Source: an uncultured virus (IMG/VR IMGVR_UViG_3300042374_001628) (lineage: Duplodnaviria; Heunggongvirae; Uroviricota; Caudoviricetes). From it: 20,000 nucleotides of DNA. The DNA is taken from IMG/VR virus record IMGVR_UViG_3300042374_001628, positions 54,863-74,862 of that record; one strand, given 5' to 3'. Both the position numbers and the translations under genes were made by a program. The notes under the pieces are model-generated. The model did not search any database. It saw nothing but the letters and a program-made list of their open reading frames with translations, and was not told the origin of the DNA. Within the stretch, counting starts at the first letter, position 1. Every line of letters begins with the position of its first letter. This document shows positions 18,513 through 20,000 of this stretch, in pieces.

Positions 18513-18722
18513 ATGACAAACACAGACGGCATCATCAAGTCGCTTGAAACTCTCATCAAGCATGAGAAAGCAATTCAGCGTCAAGAAAAAGAAATTGAAA
18601 AATTAAAAGACATCATTGATGGCTCTTTGCAGACGATGCAGGGCCTTCTTGTGTTGAGCGCTGTTCTCTCAAAAGAGATTGAAAGCTTGCACAATAATAA
18701 GCCTTCTTTTGGACTAAACTAA
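18513..18722 (+). CDS. Small coiled-coil-like protein (69 aa)
   Basis: Heptad-like LETLIKHEKAIQRQEKEIEKLKDII; starts 4 nt after the upstream stop. Confidence 0.7.
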   Translation: MTNTDGIIKSLETLIKHEKAIQRQEKEIEKLKDIIDGSLQTMQGLLVLSAVLSKEIESLHNNKPSFGLN

Positions 18723-18723
18723 C

Positions 18724-18879
18724 ATGAGCAAAATCATTATGACAATCGACACGCGACCGCTTGCGCGTGTCATAGAGCGCAGCGTCCGCAAGGCATCTTG
18801 CCGCCCATCCTTCGCCATGCGTGTCAAGAAAAAATTCGCGCGCAAGGCAAAGTTTTTTCGCGGTTGGTCTGATCAGTAA
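18724..18879 (+). CDS. Small very basic protein (51 aa, MSKIIMTIDTRPLARVIERSVRKASCRPSFAMRVKKKFARKAKFFRGWSDQ)
   Basis: Translated by hand (below the track cutoff). ATG is 1 nt after the previous stop; TAA at 18877-18879 lies inside element C. Confidence 0.65.
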   Translation: MSKIIMTIDTRPLARVIERSVRKASCRPSFAMRVKKKFARKAKFFRGWSDQ

Positions 18880-18953
18880 AGCTTTGAATATCAACGACTT
18901 GCGGCGGCGCGCCCCGCCGCGCGGCATAACCCATTGCAAATCAACGACTTGCA
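18875..18953. repeat. Bipartite palindromic element C
   Basis: AGTAAAGCTTTGAATATCAACGACTTGCG / GCGGCGCGCCCCGCCGCGCGG / CATAACCCATTGCAAATCAACGACTTGCA. Confidence 0.9.
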
Positions 18954-18963
18954 ATATATAGTA

Positions 18964-18980
18964 TTCAGGTAGCGTGCCAA
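18964..18980 (-). promoter_or_regulatory. sigma54-like -24/-12 box (degenerate -12)
   Basis: Minus strand reads TTGGCACGCTACCTGAA (GG-N10-GA), at the same offset from element C as the box after element D. Confidence 0.35.
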
Positions 18981-19020
18981 TATTGGCGAATCTATAAAAA
19001 TAAAAAAATAAAAAAACCTA

Positions 19021-19049
19021 TTGACGAAAACATCAAACCGAGTTAGCAT
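19021..19049 (+). promoter_or_regulatory. sigma70-type promoter P7 (leaderless)
   Basis: TTGACG-17 nt-TAGCAT with a long upstream A-tract; ATG at 19056. Confidence 0.8.
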
Positions 19050-19055
19050 AAATGT

Positions 19056-19520
19056 ATGAAAAATAAAATTATAACAATCATAGTCACTGCATTGGTAACC
19101 GCAGCAGTTACTTTCGTTACTCTATCACTTACAGATAGCGAACCGCTGACCGACTGGGTAAAAATGGCGAAGTTAAGAATTAAAGGATGCTCTGATCCCG
19201 AGGCGCACCTGAGCAACGCCAAGCGGATAAAGGGTTGGCTTACCGCAGTTGGAGAGCATGAGCCTGTTAGTGTGAGAATCAGAGAAGGTGTAGGCTTGCC
19301 GCCAGACCAGAGTTTGGCTCCTAAAGGGGTTAAACTCACTCCAACAGCTACAGAAATGTTCATTTTAGTTCGTTCTTCTGATTTTGAGAACAATATCCGT
19401 GAGATATACGAATTTGATCTCATGAAAATTATGGTGGATAAGGATGCAAGAAAACAATTAAGAGAACTTATTACCAAAACTAAAGCACAGAGCAATGAGT
19501 TTGGTTTCGGTAGTAACTAA
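19056..19520 (+). CDS. Hypothetical protein with N-terminal membrane anchor/signal peptide (154 aa)
   Basis: MKNK followed by hydrophobic IITIIVTALVTAAVTFVTLSL; its stop lies within element D. Confidence 0.8.
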   Translation: MKNKIITIIVTALVTAAVTFVTLSLTDSEPLTDWVKMAKLRIKGCSDPEAHLSNAKRIKGWLTAVGEHEPVSVRIREGVGLPPDQSLAPKGVKLTPTATEMFILVRSSDFENNIREIYEFDLMKIMVDKDARKQLRELITKTKAQSNEFGFGSN

Positions 19521-19590
19521 CTGAAATTCAACAACTTGCAGAGCCAGATCGGGCCGCGCGGCGTAACTCCTTGATATTCAAAGACTTACG
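19512..19590. repeat. Bipartite palindromic element D
   Basis: AGTAACTAACTGAAATTCAACAACTTGCA / GAGCCAGATCGGGCCGCGCGG / CGTAACTCCTTGATATTCAAAGACTTACG. Confidence 0.9.
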
Positions 19591-19600
19591 CAAAACGCTA

Positions 19601-19617
19601 CGCAATAGCCATGCCAA
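19601..19617 (-). promoter_or_regulatory. sigma54-like -24/-12 box
   Basis: Minus strand reads TTGGCATGGCTATTGCG, matching TGGCACG-N4-TTGC with one mismatch and exact GG-N10-GC spacing. Confidence 0.5.
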
Positions 19618-19657
19618 GTTGCAGAAAAAAAATTTCACACAATCGCAAAAAAATCCC

Positions 19658-19685
19658 TTGCATTTTTGCGCGTCCGCGCTATATT
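19658..19685 (+). promoter_or_regulatory. sigma70-type promoter P8 (leaderless)
   Basis: TTGCAT-16 nt-TATATT; ATG follows 6 nt later at 19692. Confidence 0.8.
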
Positions 19686-19691
19686 GAAATC

Positions 19692-20000
19692 ATGAAAGAG
19701 AGAAAATCACTAAACGAAAAGCCTCTGACTTGCCTGTTCGTCGGCGTTACCCTCGCTTTGGTATCAGCAGGAGTTGCCATTTATGGGTTGCGGTTTGGGT
19801 TTGCGTCTATTGCCTTTTTGCTTGTTGCTGCTGCAATCTTAAATATCGCAGCGTGGTTTTTTGCCACCCCTGTCGTCTCTTTCGTTGGCGATTTTGTAGG
19901 AAAATTTTTTACTGGAAGTCAAAACTTTAGCAAGCCCCAGCCTGCTTACAGCCTGCCAGATGGTCTTGCCGCTACCGGACAAAACGCTTGCGCTATCCTT
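19692..20000 (+). CDS. Membrane protein, runs off the window's right edge (MKERKSLNEKPLTCLFVGVTLALVSAGVAIYGLRFGFASIAFLLVAAAILNIAAWFFATP...PQPAYSLPDG...)
   Basis: Translated by hand; the frame is open to the window end, has two hydrophobic helices, and follows P8. Confidence 0.75.
   Translation, partial: MKERKSLNEKPLTCLFVGVTLALVSAGVAIYGLRFGFASIAFLLVAAAILNIAAWFFATPVVSFVGDFVGKFFTGSQNFSKPQPAYSLPDGLAATGQNACAIL

Noticed and set aside
16401..18828. Reverse-strand TTGACA hexamers (16401, 17099, about 18823) as antisense sigma70 promoters
   Set aside because: No good -10 box at 16-18 nt spacing.
16360..19495. Minus-strand ORFs in the early region
   Set aside because: Mirror frames of plus-strand genes that cross promoters and repeats, with no supporting signals.
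17018..19590. CRISPR array or mini-arrays (29-bp palindromic repeat, spacer, repeat)
   Set aside because: The repeats are degenerate and fully dyad-symmetric, the 21-bp spacers are short, low-complexity and similar to each other, and there is no typical repeat 3' end or cas gene in the window.
17018..19590. Integron attC sites
   Set aside because: No RYYYAAC...GTTRRRY boundaries and no integrase seen; the cassettes carry their own promoters. Kept only as an analogy.
19730..19930. Track ORF of 66 aa
   Set aside because: Alternate frame within the promoter-supported ORF starting at 19692.

Overview
The window looks like part of a large tailed-phage genome and has two very different halves. 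From 1 to about 16300 it is AT-rich and densely coding. A minus-strand operon encodes PhoH, a Zn-ribbon protein, a sigma70/ECF-like factor with a Cys4 insert, and a truncated hypothetical. A divergent plus-strand cluster of seven probable virion/tail-associated genes follows; these fall into paralogous families, and three carry a Ser/Thr-Gly repeat module. A convergent calcineurin-like metallophosphoesterase ends this half. From about 16400 to 20000 it is GC-richer and looks like an early/host-takeover region. It has about 11 small plus-strand ORFs driven by 8 sigma70-type promoters, each with the ATG exactly 6 nt after the -10 box (leaderless mRNAs). The region is punctuated by four copies of a 79-bp element: a 29-bp palindrome (consensus CGTAAGTCGTTGA-N3-TCAACGACTTACG), a fixed 21-bp GC-rich spacer, and a second 29-bp palindrome. 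These elements overlap the stop codons of the upstream ORFs, and two have a reverse sigma54-like box whose predicted +1 falls on the element's last base. This promoter-ORF-element cassette array is the most notable candidate for an undescribed system. All calls come from reading the sequence; no database searches were run.
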